A DNA stretch of 62,805 nucleotides, the filler included, from Craspedostauros australis (lineage: Eukaryota), in the NCBI GenBank assembly GCA_030167865.1. It is 7 parts of 7 records of this genome, joined end to end, with 100 filler letters (N's around TTAATTAATTAA, not from the genome) between each part and the next. Parts side by side here need not be neighbours in the genome. Positions count along the whole stretch, not along the records: positions 20,091 to 51,126 come from JALAGF010004143.1; 6 more parts are not named here. One strand, 5' to 3'. Position 1 is the stretch's first letter. Each line of letters starts with the position of its first letter. Both the position numbers and the translations under genes were made by a program. Positions 20,091-32,579 of the stretch are shown one piece after another. Under the pieces are notes generated by a model, which saw nothing but the letters and a program-made list of their open reading frames with translations, searched no databases and was not told the origin of the DNA.

Positions 20091-22749
20091 TCTCTGGTTC
20101 TTCCTCTGGCTTCATGCCCATCATACCACCGAGCACGCGGGTGATGTCATCGGCGGACTCCACCAACGGCAGGATGGTGATGACCAAGGCGGCACCGAAA
20201 CCCCAAGCGATGGCGACGAGCACCCAGAAGGCGAAGTAGGACTCGGAGAAGACTCCGGCGGGGATGCTGAGAAGCGGCCACACGAAGATGAGAAGAAAGG
20301 TGAGGGCGTATCCGCGGCGCGTGATCCACTGCTCGGCCTCGGCCAGCAGCTCTGGGTCCTGCTCTTCCGCGGTCAGTCCACGCTGGTCGTCCTCGACGAG
20401 GGTGATGTGCTTGTCGAGCTCAGCAAAGTCATAGTCCTGCGGATCGACGACCGTCGAGTAAACGAAGTGGATGATGCCGCTGGAACAGATGGCGATGAGG
20501 TTTCCGGAAAGCATGACCTCGTTGGTACCGAGGCTGTCGACGGTGATCTCTCCCGATTGGGCTTGGGCAGCCACCAGCCAACCGACGATCGCGAGGAGAA
20601 GCCCGGTCCATGCAGCCACGCACGCGCCGGTTCCGGATGCCTTCTTCCAAGTCATCATGTTCCAGAGCGGCACGACGGCGGACCCGATGACGACTCCCAT
20701 GAAGAGGTAGACCCATCCGAGGTTGAGTCCGAGTTCGAAGAGGAGGATGGACAGGGCTCCCATCACCAGCCCGAATCCGACGACGACGCAGCGCGAGACG
20801 AAGAGGATCTGCTCTCCGGTGGCGTCTGGGTTGAGGTACTCGCGATAGATGTCGTAGGCGACGAGGGAGGACACGGCGATAGATTCTGCGGATCCCGTGG
20901 ACACGATGGCCATGAAGAGCATGACGAGGATGAGGACGGCACCGGCATCTCCGAGCAATTCCGTGGCAACGGCGGGTGGAACAAGTCCAGATCCAGCCTC
21001 ATCGGCTGTGATTGGGAGCTGCAGAGCGGTGGAGGCGAGTCCCAAAGAGGTGGCGAGGGAGAATGGGATGGCGAACCAGCAGATACCTCCGAGCAGGTAT
21101 CCGCGAGCGGCAGAGGATGGGCGCGCGGCGATGGCGGATTGCCAGTAGGACTGGTCGACGAAGACGGTTCCGAAGTTACCCACGATGTTGATGATTCCGA
21201 ACATGAGGCCGTCGCTGGAGAGCATGGTGAGGTAGGATCCGTCGCGGTTTCCGCTGACCTCGCCGCAGGCGTAGGTTCCGGCCTCGAAGAAGGTTCCCTC
21301 AACTGTGTTGTTGGAAGAGAAGATGATCTTGCACTCCTCCTCGGTGTACGAGATGGTCTTGTCGAGGAAGGCGTAGATGACATCGCTGGAGTACACCTTG
21401 ATGTACACGATGAAGATCATGATGATGAGGACGGCGAAGATGATGACGGTGTGGATGTAACTGGCCAGGAATGTTGCCTGGAGACCACCGGAGGCGGTGT
21501 AGAGGATGACACCCCATGGGATGAGGAAGGATGCCAGCCTGTAGTCCATTCCTGTGAGGGCCTCGACGGTGGCGGCACCACCGAGCAAGAGCATGGAGGT
21601 GACGATGATGTTGGCGGCGAAGCAGAAGCAGAGGAAGGTCTTGTGCGCAGAACGTCCCCATCGTGCGTTGACGATCTCGGCGACGGTGTGGGCGGACGGA
21701 GCGACCTTCTTGAGGGAGATGGCGAGGACACCGAAGAGCAGAACCTGAATAGTGGCGCCGGATGCGTACCTGTTTTGGGCAGGCAGCATTTCGGTTTGTG
21801 TGTCGTGATAAGGCAGCGGATAGATTGCAGTGAAGGCAGAAAAGGAAAATGTGAGTGGGTTAGTGATCAATCGCTTGCAATTTCATGAGTGTTTGGGTTC
21901 TCGTTGCGCTATCCTCATTTTTATCAATGTTCTGGTTCCGATCTTTGTGCCGGAAGTGATGCATCGGAATAAGCAAGAACAGGAAGACAGAAGGCAGTTG
22001 GAACTTACCAGAATGGACCAGAAACACCGTAGGCCCAGGCGACGTTGGAAGACTGGAGGAGGGTGGCGGCCCAAGTCCACTGACTGACGATGACGGAGGC
22101 GGTGAGACCGGTCTTAATCATACGTCCAGCGGTGCTGTTGTTTCAGAGCCGATGCGACGTGTTGCGATGTGGTTTGGCAAGTGATGAAGATCCGGAAAGA
22201 AAGGATTGATGGCAAGAGCGTGTGGCAGTTAGCAGGAGTTGTCGTTGATGTGCACAAGACGAAGTGTTGTGCGGTATGCAGAGGTGCGCGAAAGGTGTTG
22301 CTGTCGTTGTTGTTCCGCGAATACATTCACATTTCCAATCACCCATCGCGATCATTTTTGGCGATAGCGCCTCCGTCTTGACCATGTTTCGTTGTAAATC
22401 GTTTGATCTTTGTCTGCGATGATGTTGGAAGGGCAGAGCATCAGGCAGTAGTAGCAGAGTAGAGAAGCATTCAGCCCATCGATCCATGCACGCATGCCTC
22501 CCATCAGCCGACGCACATGTGGCAACAGCAACGATGAACTTACTTGAAATGCTCGGAGGTCGTGGCGACATTGTTTCCGAAAGTCTTGTTGAGGAAGACG
22601 AGGATGGTGGTGAGGATGGAGAAGAAGAGACCGAAGCCCAAGACAACGGCGTAACCGACACCGACAGAGAGAGGGGCCTCGCCGCCGAAGAAGGAGTCTT
22701 GTCCTGCATACTTGGCGAACGGGGGAAGATCGTCCGTGCGTTCGATCAT
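20091..22749 (-). CDS. DUR3: DUR3 urea transporter, copy 2; exons 22749-22544, 22134-22009 and 21769-20091 (3' end lost in the gap)
   Basis: GTAAG donors and CAG acceptors splice to [34 protein letters not shown]...[12 protein letters not shown], a typical DUR3 N-terminus. 20091-21750 mirrors 1-1660. Confidence 0.93.
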
Positions 22750-24308
22750 GGTGGATTCAGCTTTCTGTTATTGTTGATTTGTGCTGTTGTTGCTGCTGAG
22801 GATTGCTGTGATGAGGAATCGTCAAGCTTTTGATTTTTATGAGAGTGATGAGGAGTGAAGTCCAAAGATCTTTGCAGAAGTGAAAGACGGTTGTTGTTGT
22901 TACTGTTGTTGTCCTCTGTTGGCTATGCGCCGCACCAGCTCTTCCTCGTTCATCTTCTACGTGCGATGTGTACCCATGAGTACCAAGGAAGAGCACATCG
23001 ACGTGCGTGTGTGTGTGTCAATACCTCCACACCGTACGAGCACTGGCGCGACCTACCATGCTAATACCTCGCACACAAGCGACCCATCAAAAAATGCTGT
23101 TGGTTGTCGCTCGCGACCATTTCCGCCCACACTTGTTCCATTCATGAAATCCTCCCCTCTCATTGACTTTTTCTTCTTAGTTTGCCTCCGTTTTGGATCT
23201 CCGAGGTGGTTGAAGCAAGAAAGGAGCGACAGGTGGACGGAAGGATGGGTGGACGGAGGGAGGATTGTGTGTCTGTGAAGAAGAAATCCATCTGGTGCTG
23301 AGTACTGGAGTTCCGCAGGGTTCTACGTCGACGAAAAATGAGGGTCGGAGGGTGAGCGAGAGTTGGCGGAGGCGAGTGAGTTCAAATGGATCTTTGGATG
23401 CTGACACCACCCCTCCAGAGAGAAACGCTTCCAATCTTCCGACTTTTTCTTCGGAGGCACGATGCCCGTCATGCTTGAACTCCAATTAATGTCAAGTACA
23501 CTGTCAGCTTCTCGTCGTTAATCGGAAACTAACATGCGACATGTCTCATTCCACATGCATGAAACAACCTTTGCACAAAGAGGTGTCGTGGTGCAGATGA
23601 CATTGTTGTGCTTCCGACTGTGAACTTCGGAATTTGTGGATGCCCTCCGCGTTTCCTTCTGCTCGGAATTCTGAAAAAGTGAAAGCGCAGTTGTTGGCGC
23701 GCGTCTCGCGCGGTAGCGCGGTGTGATAGTTTGTTCTAAAGTACTCCACTCCCAGTGATACGACGCGGGCATGGCCAATCACATGCCCATCACAGAAAAC
23801 AGAATTGGATAGTATCGCCCCATACTGTGCACGTTTGTTGACCATTCCGTTGTGCAAATGCCAATGGCCACGTGGAAATAGGCGCGCAGAACATCGGAAC
23901 AAGCGTATCTTCCACAAATGACAATATGTAGTGAACGGCAGAGTTCGTATTCACGCCCGCATCACCCCAACTTACTACAGTCTACTTAATGAAAGACGTC
24001 GAGCATATCCAATGGGGCGGAGCAAATCGCCACCCCCATTCTGGAAGCGCCACCCCCAATACACAGAGCATGAAATGCAATTTCTGCTCTATTCCAGAAA
24101 AATAGAAGACAAAACTGATCTACCGCGTCAAAACCGAACAGATGAATTCTCGTGACATGGTGTTGTTGAAGCGCCAACGAACAGGATTATTCGTCAAAAC
24201 GACGGAAGCAATCAATCATGTTGTCTTTTCTGTTGACAGCCGCGACTGCCGCGCACGAGCCACGATGCATTTGTTCCCATCGGCCACAAGTGATGCACGG
24301 GTTGGGCT

Positions 24309-24425
24309 CTTCGTGTCCTTCGTGTCCTTCATGTCCTTCGTGTCCTTCGTGTCCTTCGTATCCTTCGTGTCCTTCGTGTCCTTCGTGTCCTTCGTGTCCT
24401 TCGTATCCTTCGTGTCCTTCGTGTG
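24309..24425. repeat. 9-bp minisatellite (CTTCGTGTC) x13
   Basis: Direct tandem units with occasional G>A variants. Confidence 0.95.
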
Positions 24426-25195
24426 CTTCCTCTGCCTCCTGCGAATTTCGCGATGTCCATCGCGCCAAGTCGGCAGAGGGCAAACGGTGCGCGTGCTCAT
24501 GCGCAAGCAACAGCAAGAGGCTCAACGAGTTTCGGACTCTCTATTCCGTCCTGCATTGCTCCATGTATTGCAGCCCAATTGCTGCTACTTCGTTTGCATA
24601 GCACTCGCAGTCCGGTGTGCTTCGTGCGTGCGTCGTGGCAGGAAGCCGTCCAATGCATGAACAAGCACCACCTCCATCGATGATCCAACATGCGACAAAC
24701 ATAGAAAGCATGTTGAGAATGCCATGCACTCTGGATGTGGTATATAATGCGTGAATATCTGTGTTCATAGCGACGCAGTTGCGATCCAATGGATGAAAAC
24801 TGCTCCGGCGAGGTAACTGTAAACTCACGCGACGCGTCTGGACGTTGTCTTGCGCGCACGTCGGCGTTCGAAACATCAAAAACAAAGTAGAGTAGAGACA
24901 GAACGAAACTCGACAGGACGGGCATTGTCTAAGATCGTTCATCTTCATGCAACGCAAAAGAGGTCACAGAGAGAAAAGATCGAATGTTGCAAATGTTAAT
25001 TTGGTACTACTGATATAACATGTATTCTATGAGTCTGACAGTATGGAAGTATGCAATTCCAATCTGATTCAATGCTGAGGCTATTCCTGACGACTCCCAT
25101 TCTGGCTGCTGGCAGACTCCTAATCCTTCTTCTCTCTAAAACTGTCTAGCGTACGCAAGTGTGTTGATGGCTTGGTACGCATCTCTTCCTCGTCC

Positions 25196-26851
25196 TCAAC
25201 GAGTTCCAAAAGAAGCCGATGTTCCAGCGGCCGGATTTTCGATGCTTCCGGTGCTGTGTCGCAGCGATTGCGATTGGTCCCAACTGGATTGCAAAGCCAC
25301 GTCATCATCGTCGCCAGCAACGCCATCTCCATCATCGCCGTCATCGTTACTTTCATCCTCCACCTGGATGATCATGCGTTCTGATCGGAGATACAGGACG
25401 ACGCAGACTGTGGACATGCATGTTCCGATATGCCAGAAGGCGTGACCACCCACCCTGTCATTGCAGATGGTCTTGTTGATGTCCAGCATCCACACGACGA
25501 AAGATGCGACTCCAAAGAATGCGGAGCCAGCCAGCATCTTGTAGCTGTACGTATGGGTGCGACGTCGCACAAAGGTGAGGACTCCAATAGCGACGTATGA
25601 GGATCCCACAAGGATGACCACCATGAGAGTGTTGTCCAGATCCACCGTGAATTCTAGCATGAATAGGAGGATTTGCACGACCGTGATGAGGAAGGCGCAT
25701 CGACGTGGAAACGGACTGACAGAGACCATGCAGTAAAGGATCGGGAAGATAGCACTCGTGAACATGCCAGCCGCGTCCCAATGATTCGCCGATGGACATT
25801 CGGACGCATGGAACCACCAGGAACCGAATCCCAGAAGCGCCATGGAACATCCGAAGGTCATGATGAGCAAGGGGAAGCGATGGAGGGTGTTGAGCTCCTC
25901 CAGTTGTCTGAGAGCGGTATGCCGCGCTGTTGTGGTGACTGTAGATTCACGTTGCTCCGCATTCCAATTGAAGGCAACCTGGTGGGCAGCAAGGTGGATC
26001 TGGCTGCGAGTGAAGGTGGGCTTGCGGGTCTTTGGCCCAGTCTTTGCGTTGTTGGGCCTCTCACGACCTCTCTTTGCCTTGCCTCCACCAGCTGCAGGCG
26101 TGGCGGAAGTTGCGGCTGCATCAACACCTTCATCTGGCTTTGAGTGTCCCTCTCGCTGTGCTTCGACATCGCTACCGGCGTCGCTGCCGCTGCCGCAGTT
26201 GCTACTCATCGCCATGTCCTCTGAATCGACGGGGATGGTTGTGTTGGTATTGTTGTTGTTGTCGTGATCATTGCTTCCATCGCTGCTCGCATCACCCAGC
26301 ACCCGGGATCTCAAGGCTTGCAGCTGCCGATGCAACGCCGTCGTGTTATCGTATGCCACGAGCTCCTGCACGATGACCTTCCTGCGGCACAGATGACCCC
26401 ACACAATCATGTAGACGCCGAAGATGAAGTAGGCATAGTTGCTGCGGGCGTTGGCGGGCTCGATCATGAACTTGGTGAGATCCGCGTCTTCGGCTTCGCA
26501 CCATCGCACATGTTCTGAGACTTCCGTTTGACAAAAGCCCCAGACATGGCGATCGTCGAGGATGACGGATGCGATTTCGAGCCCCGCGATGATGATGCCG
26601 CAGATGATGGCAGTGGGGAGGACCGCTTTGCGTTCATGCGTTCTCGAATCCATCAACGGTCGGCTTTTGCGGCGGTTGCGTTTGCGTTTGTTGGCACCGA
26701 TGCCGCCATCGATTGCTGTTGCAAAGGAGACCTGCTGACGTTGGGCAGCACGCCGATGCTGGGTCGCTGCGTTGGCTGGAGCTGCAGCATTGGTGGTGAC
26801 GACCTCAGCATCGGGTTGTGCTGTCGGCGGTGTCGTTGGCGATGGGTCCAT
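25196..26851 (-). CDS. CREST-superfamily membrane hydrolase (alkaline ceramidase-like)
   Basis: WCE...EPANARSN motif, SxxxH (GSWWFHAS), conserved Asp (HWDAAGM), HxxWH (GHAFWH) and multiple TM segments. Long low-complexity insertion. First ATG at 26851. Confidence 0.8.
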   Translation of the reverse strand: MDPSPTTPPTAQPDAEVVTTNAAAPANAATQHRRAAQRQQVSFATAIDGGIGANKRKRNRRKSRPLMDSRTHERKAVLPTAIICGIIIAGLEIASVILDDRHVWGFCQTEVSEHVRWCEAEDADLTKFMIEPANARSNYAYFIFGVYMIVWGHLCRRKVIVQELVAYDNTTALHRQLQALRSRVLGDASSDGSNDHDNNNNTNTTIPVDSEDMAMSSNCGSGSDAGSDVEAQREGHSKPDEGVDAAATSATPAAGGGKAKRGRERPNNAKTGPKTRKPTFTRSQIHLAAHQVAFNWNAEQRESTVTTTARHTALRQLEELNTLHRFPLLIMTFGCSMALLGFGSWWFHASECPSANHWDAAGMFTSAIFPILYCMVSVSPFPRRCAFLITVVQILLFMLEFTVDLDNTLMVVILVGSSYVAIGVLTFVRRRTHTYSYKMLAGSAFFGVASFVVWMLDINKTICNDRVGGHAFWHIGTCMSTVCVVLYLRSERMIIQVEDESNDDGDDGDGVAGDDDDVALQSSWDQSQSLRHSTGSIENPAAGTSASFGTR

Positions 26852-28211
26852 TGTGTTGGCTACTGTTCGGTGTTGTTGTTGTTGTTTGGATGCGATGTTT
26901 GCTCGTTGAATTGAGAGTATGATAGACAAGTATTATGAAATTTGTTTCGTTTCGGCTATGACTCCAGATTTTAGCCATACGCACAACACGGCTGCTTCGA
27001 GGACAAGGCAATGCTCCGCAGCAACTGACACCAAACCATGCACACACGCAACGACGACATGGTCCTACTCAAGTGCAACCAACACGCAGTGCCAACCTGG
27101 TACCATCGAGGAATCAATTGCAAACTCTTGTACCTGCAAATGTTCATGAGCTGAGCCCGGGAAGGCAAGAAGCATTCGTGGATGCTACCGGCTGCGAAGT
27201 TACATTTATGCGCTGGGAGAAGAGGTCACATTTTCCGGTGATCACGAAACGCGAAGTGTGGCTCTGATGACTGGATCATTCGCGTGCAGGAGTTGTTTTT
27301 TGTGACATTTTGATGCCCAGCTTTTCCCAAATCGTCACCTTGAACGAGATGGCAACTGGCATTATGTCATGTTGGGACAGACTTGTTGTGTTGTTTGGTC
27401 GAGATGGTACCATATTTGATATACCATGTAAACCAAGGCAGAAGTACTTCCCGCCATTCGCGATACCTCACGTTGTATCCCCACAATTCCCTTGTTGCCC
27501 CCAACGGTTGTTCAAATTCAAAGACGGATGGCAAACGATCAGTTAACGCTGTTGATAAAGATCAGTTCTGTTGTGTCGTTCTAATCTGTCTGGCCATTTA
27601 TGCACACGACATGATGTGGGACAGCTTGATTTATGGTGCGAACGCCCCATTGTCTCCCATCCAAATCGTTGTTGCTGGCGCTTGTTCTCGATTGCGGAGA
27701 GGCTTTCCACAACCGCTGAACAAGATGCAGTTGCCTTCGCCACGTGTGTGGTAATACCATCGTCCAACGCAACACAATCATCATCATCATCGTTTCCGGA
27801 GGCACTATTCTGCTACTTTGGGCTGGACATCATAATCGCTTCTGGAGTCAAGGAAGACCAGCATCTGCGGAACATCCTCTTGTCCATCTACTCCATCCGT
27901 TCTTTGCTTCTTCTTGCTGCTGCTGCTGGTGGTGGTGGTGCCTTTGACAACACACAGAGAGAGAGAGAGAGCAAGACTTGATCGGCCTCCGCGAATCCAA
28001 CCGATGCAGTTGATGAAGTTGGCGCCATTGAGTTAATGCAGTTGATGCAGTTGATACGATCATAGAGACCAGGGAAGGCAGTGCAGTGGGAGGAGGCGGC
28101 GAAGGTCCCAGGCAGCTGCGTTGTGCCAGCGTGATAGAGTGGAGCGCCTTCTTGGAGTGTTATACCTTCTTGGTCTATCGTTATATCGTTACATCGCTAT
28201 AATATAATACT

Positions 28212-30701
28212 ATGCAGACGATGAGCAAGGAGGTTGCGAGAGTGGCAACGAGCAGCAGGCCCGGCACGAAGTCTGGCGCCAACAGGACGAAGACGACGAC
28301 CAGCGGCCATGACCGCAGCAAACGCCGCAGTCGCAGCAACCGTCGTGGCCGCAAGCAACGCGGCAGACGCACGAAGAGCAGTGATGGCGAACCCGACACG
28401 CCTCTGCGCGATGCGCATGTGCAGCAGCATGTCGTGGTGTCGCCACGCAGGAGCCGACGCAGCAGGAGTATCGATGAAGCAGGCGCCAACAGCAATCATT
28501 CCAGACGGGCAACGCAAGACAGACAGACTGCGTTGCTGTCGGCGTCCATGCCTCTCGCGACCGTCGTTCGATCGTCCCATTCTCGGACGCTCGCGTCGTC
28601 CATGACATGCCTCGAGGATTGCAAGTCGCAGTCCACCATCAGTCATGACGGCAGCGAGTGCAAGCGGCGTCATGTGCCAACAGCAAACACTTCTGATGAT
28701 GATGATGATCTGCGGCATGCCACGGGCATCAGTGATTTAAATGCATCCGGCCAGCGTCAACCACGTGCCAACGACGCGCCCGGTGAATACTCGCAGGGTT
28801 TGTACGATCATCCGCAGAGCAACCACGATGGTCAACAGCAGCAGCAACAGCAGCAGCAGCAGGTAGATGACAACGATGCCACGCCGTCCTCCATTTCCAT
28901 TTCACCGCCACCGTCGAAACACTTCGAACCCGATTCCTCGCCGTCGTCCATCACGCTGTCTGTCAACCTGTCCGCGACGTCGTCGTACCAAGAGGCGACG
29001 ACTCTCAAGGAGCTCACGCTGCAGCAACAGCAGCACTTGTCCTTCCCGCCGTGGCAGTCGTTGGCGCCCAAGTTGGAAATGATCCAGGATGAAGCGCAGG
29101 AGATCAAGACGCTGCCGTCCTTGCCGTGCGACACCACCATCGCGCAAAGCGACAACGACAGCATATGCAAAGACAACGATCGCTACTTTCAGGAGACGTC
29201 GGATGACGAGGCTTCCTACTGTCTGCCGTTGCGCGAAGCCAAGGCGTCACCGCGCCGCCACACTGACTTCAAGCAGACGACGATTCAGAGCAGCGACGGT
29301 TTGTTGGGACGCATGCTCGATACGCCGCGCTACAAGCCCAATCGACGCACCGACTCCTCCGTCAGCACGTCGCATTCCCTCACGTACTCCGTCTCGACGG
29401 GCACCTTCACGAGTCCCTTGACGCCCAGCGACTCGGCCTGGAACGCGTCGCCCAACATGGAGAGCAAGGCAGAATCACAACATACGAGCCGCTTTGCGCC
29501 GATTGATCTCAAGGCGCCCTACAAAACCGTGCCGACGCGACAGTCCCAGCCGCTGCCGACCTTGCCCATTCCACCGCCGCCGCTGGTCACATCGCGCGAA
29601 CAGGAGCTCGAGGATAAGGTCTCCGCGATGGAACGCGAGCTGGCGCAGATGAAGCAGCTGCTGGAACATCTCACGCAGCATTCCTCGGGCACCGCCACGA
29701 CGCAGAGCATCAACAACGCATCCTTCAGCACCTTTCATGAGAAGAGCCCCGTGGCCAGTCCGCTTGTGGGACGCGAAGTATCGACGTCGAGCCGCAGACT
29801 CCGGCGGCGCAGTTCCAAGAGCGCATCGCCGCGTCGCCGCCGCAGCCGATCCAACGAACGCAGCAACAGTGGACGCCGAGGACGCAAGGTCCGCAGTCCC
29901 AGTAACCGTCGCAGTCCAGCAAGATCCAAATCGCGGCCCCAACGCAAGACGTCGCTCGACAAAAGCAACCGCAAAGCCGCGCTCGCGTCATCCTTCTCCT
30001 CCTCATCGTCGTCCGGATTCCGCGGACTGCGTGGCAGCAACCATTCCGAACGCAGGCGCTCGCGTCGTCCCACGCGCAACGACGATCGTTCGTCCTATCT
30101 TGTCACGCACGAAAAACGTAGCCAGCAGATCCAGCAGACCAACGAGGAGCTGCAGAACAACTTGGCGTCCTTGTCGATCAGCACGGCCAGCGCGGAGTCG
30201 GTGCAGCAAAAAGACGAATTGATCAGCGAGTCGTCCAAGCAATATCACAAGGAAACCGACCTTGCCAAACGCAAGACCGCACTATTGCAGGACGATGATG
30301 ATGATACGTGGGCGCAACCCGACAATCTGCTGTCGCCTCCACCGCCGTCGGCAGGCAAGATGAAATTTCCCAAGAAGAAGCGCAAGCCCGCGCCTGTACC
30401 GAGCATCACGCTGGATGCGAACCACAGCGTGTCGGATGAAGACATCACGTTACCACGCACGTTGAGGGAAGACGAACGCAAGACACGAGTATCAAGTACG
30501 TATTGTGTGCACTTGTGATGCATGCGATTGTGGCTCGGAATTCTCGTACTAACATCACATTCTTCCTTGCTTCTTCTTGTCACAACAGCCAAGATCGATA
30601 AAGTGCGGCCCCAGTTTCTGAAATGGTTGGGCAAGACGAGGAGATCTAGTCGCAGCCGAAGCCGGAGTCGCAGCAAGACAACCAGATCGATAGACGATTG
30701 A
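28212..30701 (+). CDS. Hypothetical Ser/Arg-rich low-complexity protein with a short coiled coil; probable intron 30496-30588
   Basis: 768-codon ORF. GTACGT donor, TACTAAC branch point (30547-30553) and CAG acceptor give an in-frame exon TKIDKVRPQFLKWLGKTRRSSRSRSRSRSK...DD-stop. Confidence 0.75.
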
Positions 30702-32579
30702 TTGAAGCCGTTTGAGTAACACGCGTGTGTACTTCATCTATTCCGATGTTGAGCAGAAAGACGCGCCGTTCAATGCGATCGTTTGAAAAATCGGGCTCTT
30801 CGCAAGTTCGCTTCTCCTTTGTTTGGGATGGAAGGAGTTGCAAATGAAGAAGTTTCCTGAAGCAAACACGCGGACTTGATGGACTTCGGTGATGCGCATT
30901 GGATGTCTGCGATTTAGGCGATCCTGTTCTCGTTGTTGTGGCGGTTTCCTGTAAACTATTGCTCCCTCCGACAGCATACTTTTTGTGAACAGCGCACGGA
31001 GTTTTTAGACTGAAGCGACATATCTGCGACACGAATTGTTGAACCATGATTATGTGCTTTGACTCGTGCATAGAGCATGACCATCCATCGTGACTGGCAA
31101 CAACAGCGCCAAGACATCCTGGCGGACACACGAGTCCGGTGGGCGTAGGTCATTGACGGTGGGCCTGTTTCACATCACAAAGTTCCAACACTCACAAATG
31201 TGGAGGTGTAACAAGCAATGCGCAATGACAACCAACCCAAGAGACGCGTTGCTGTTTCGCGTTGTCCATGGTTGTGTCAGTGGCGATGGCGATGGCATCA
31301 TCGTCCACCATCCATCACAAACAGAAGAATCCAATCATTGGTGTCGGTTGTCATAAAATCAAATCGCAGTCAAAGCAAACGCAACGAGAAACACAACAAC
31401 AAAGACAACACAAACGAAAAGGACACAAAGACACAGGAAGGTGAGTTTCCACAAGCAAAGTACATTCGGATGTAGCGGACAAACGCGAAGGAATCGTGGT
31501 TGGATTGGGTCTGGTCTTTGTCTCTTCTGCGCAGTCGCACACATCATCATAACGCCCATTCACAAGCGGCGATGACATTGCACAAATGACACCGAAAATG
31601 GCAATCATGACAGCAACCCATGGCGCGGGACAAACAGCAACGTCCAAACTGAGGACTGCCGATGTGTTGATTCCGTCGTCACACACAAAAACCGAGGCAT
31701 TCGTGATTTACGTCTCTGTGCGGTGACGTTGGCTTGTGTGTCTCCGCAATGGCGGTAGCCAAGTTCGGCATGTCCACAACATCTCGGGCACGAACGAGCC
31801 CGGATGTCCGATACCCTCCCTGCGAGATCGCGGGTTTGCGAACACACGGCTGCGGTCGAGGGCGACCATGGAGAGGGAAAGCCATCGGGGAGGACAGCGC
31901 ATTGCAACGTGGGTTGTGACTGCTGACGATCATCATTTTGTTGAAGCAAGCCGTGCCGCAGACAATTCCTAAGAACAATCGGAAAGAGGAGTGCGACCAT
32001 CGCCACGACTCTGCCTCTTGTCTCTGACGCTCCGTTTGGTTTTCCCAAATCGTGCCGACCTTTTCGGAAATCTTCAATCAGTTTCTCACGTCACAAACTA
32101 TTAACCGCTTTCATTTTCTCCCGCCCGAGCCGATTGCCCTTTGTTTGTGTGTTGATCTTTGGATGTTTCAGCTCTTCATCTCTCCTTGGCGGTCACAACC
32201 ACCAAACAAGGGACACTTGCCCACAACACATTCACGACTCTTTAACACGATACTGTTGCGATCGGCACAAAGAAACACTGCTGCTGATCACAACGACAAC
32301 AACTACAGCAACAGATCACAATCCCCTGCAGACGATCGGCCGACGCAAAACGGCATCATCACCATTCACCACATCGACCCGCTCCACTCTCTTTTGGGTC
32401 CGAAGTGATCATTGCTTCGCATTCCTCGTTGCCATAAATCTCTACGGCGCACCCATCAACGCACCCATCCGCTCATTCTCTGTCAATCACCCTCTCCAAA
32501 CACACCAATCACATTATCAAAGGAGACGGATCAAGCCTGCTCACAAAATTAATACGAGTGAACACATCAACAGGAAACC

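Noticed and set aside
21770..21870. N-terminus of the 611-aa DUR3 ORF (MITNPLTF...)
   Set aside because: Intronic read-through; the real N-terminus comes from two upstream exons.
20407..21888. 493-aa plus-strand ORF
   Set aside because: Antisense shadow of the GC3-biased DUR3 coding sequence.
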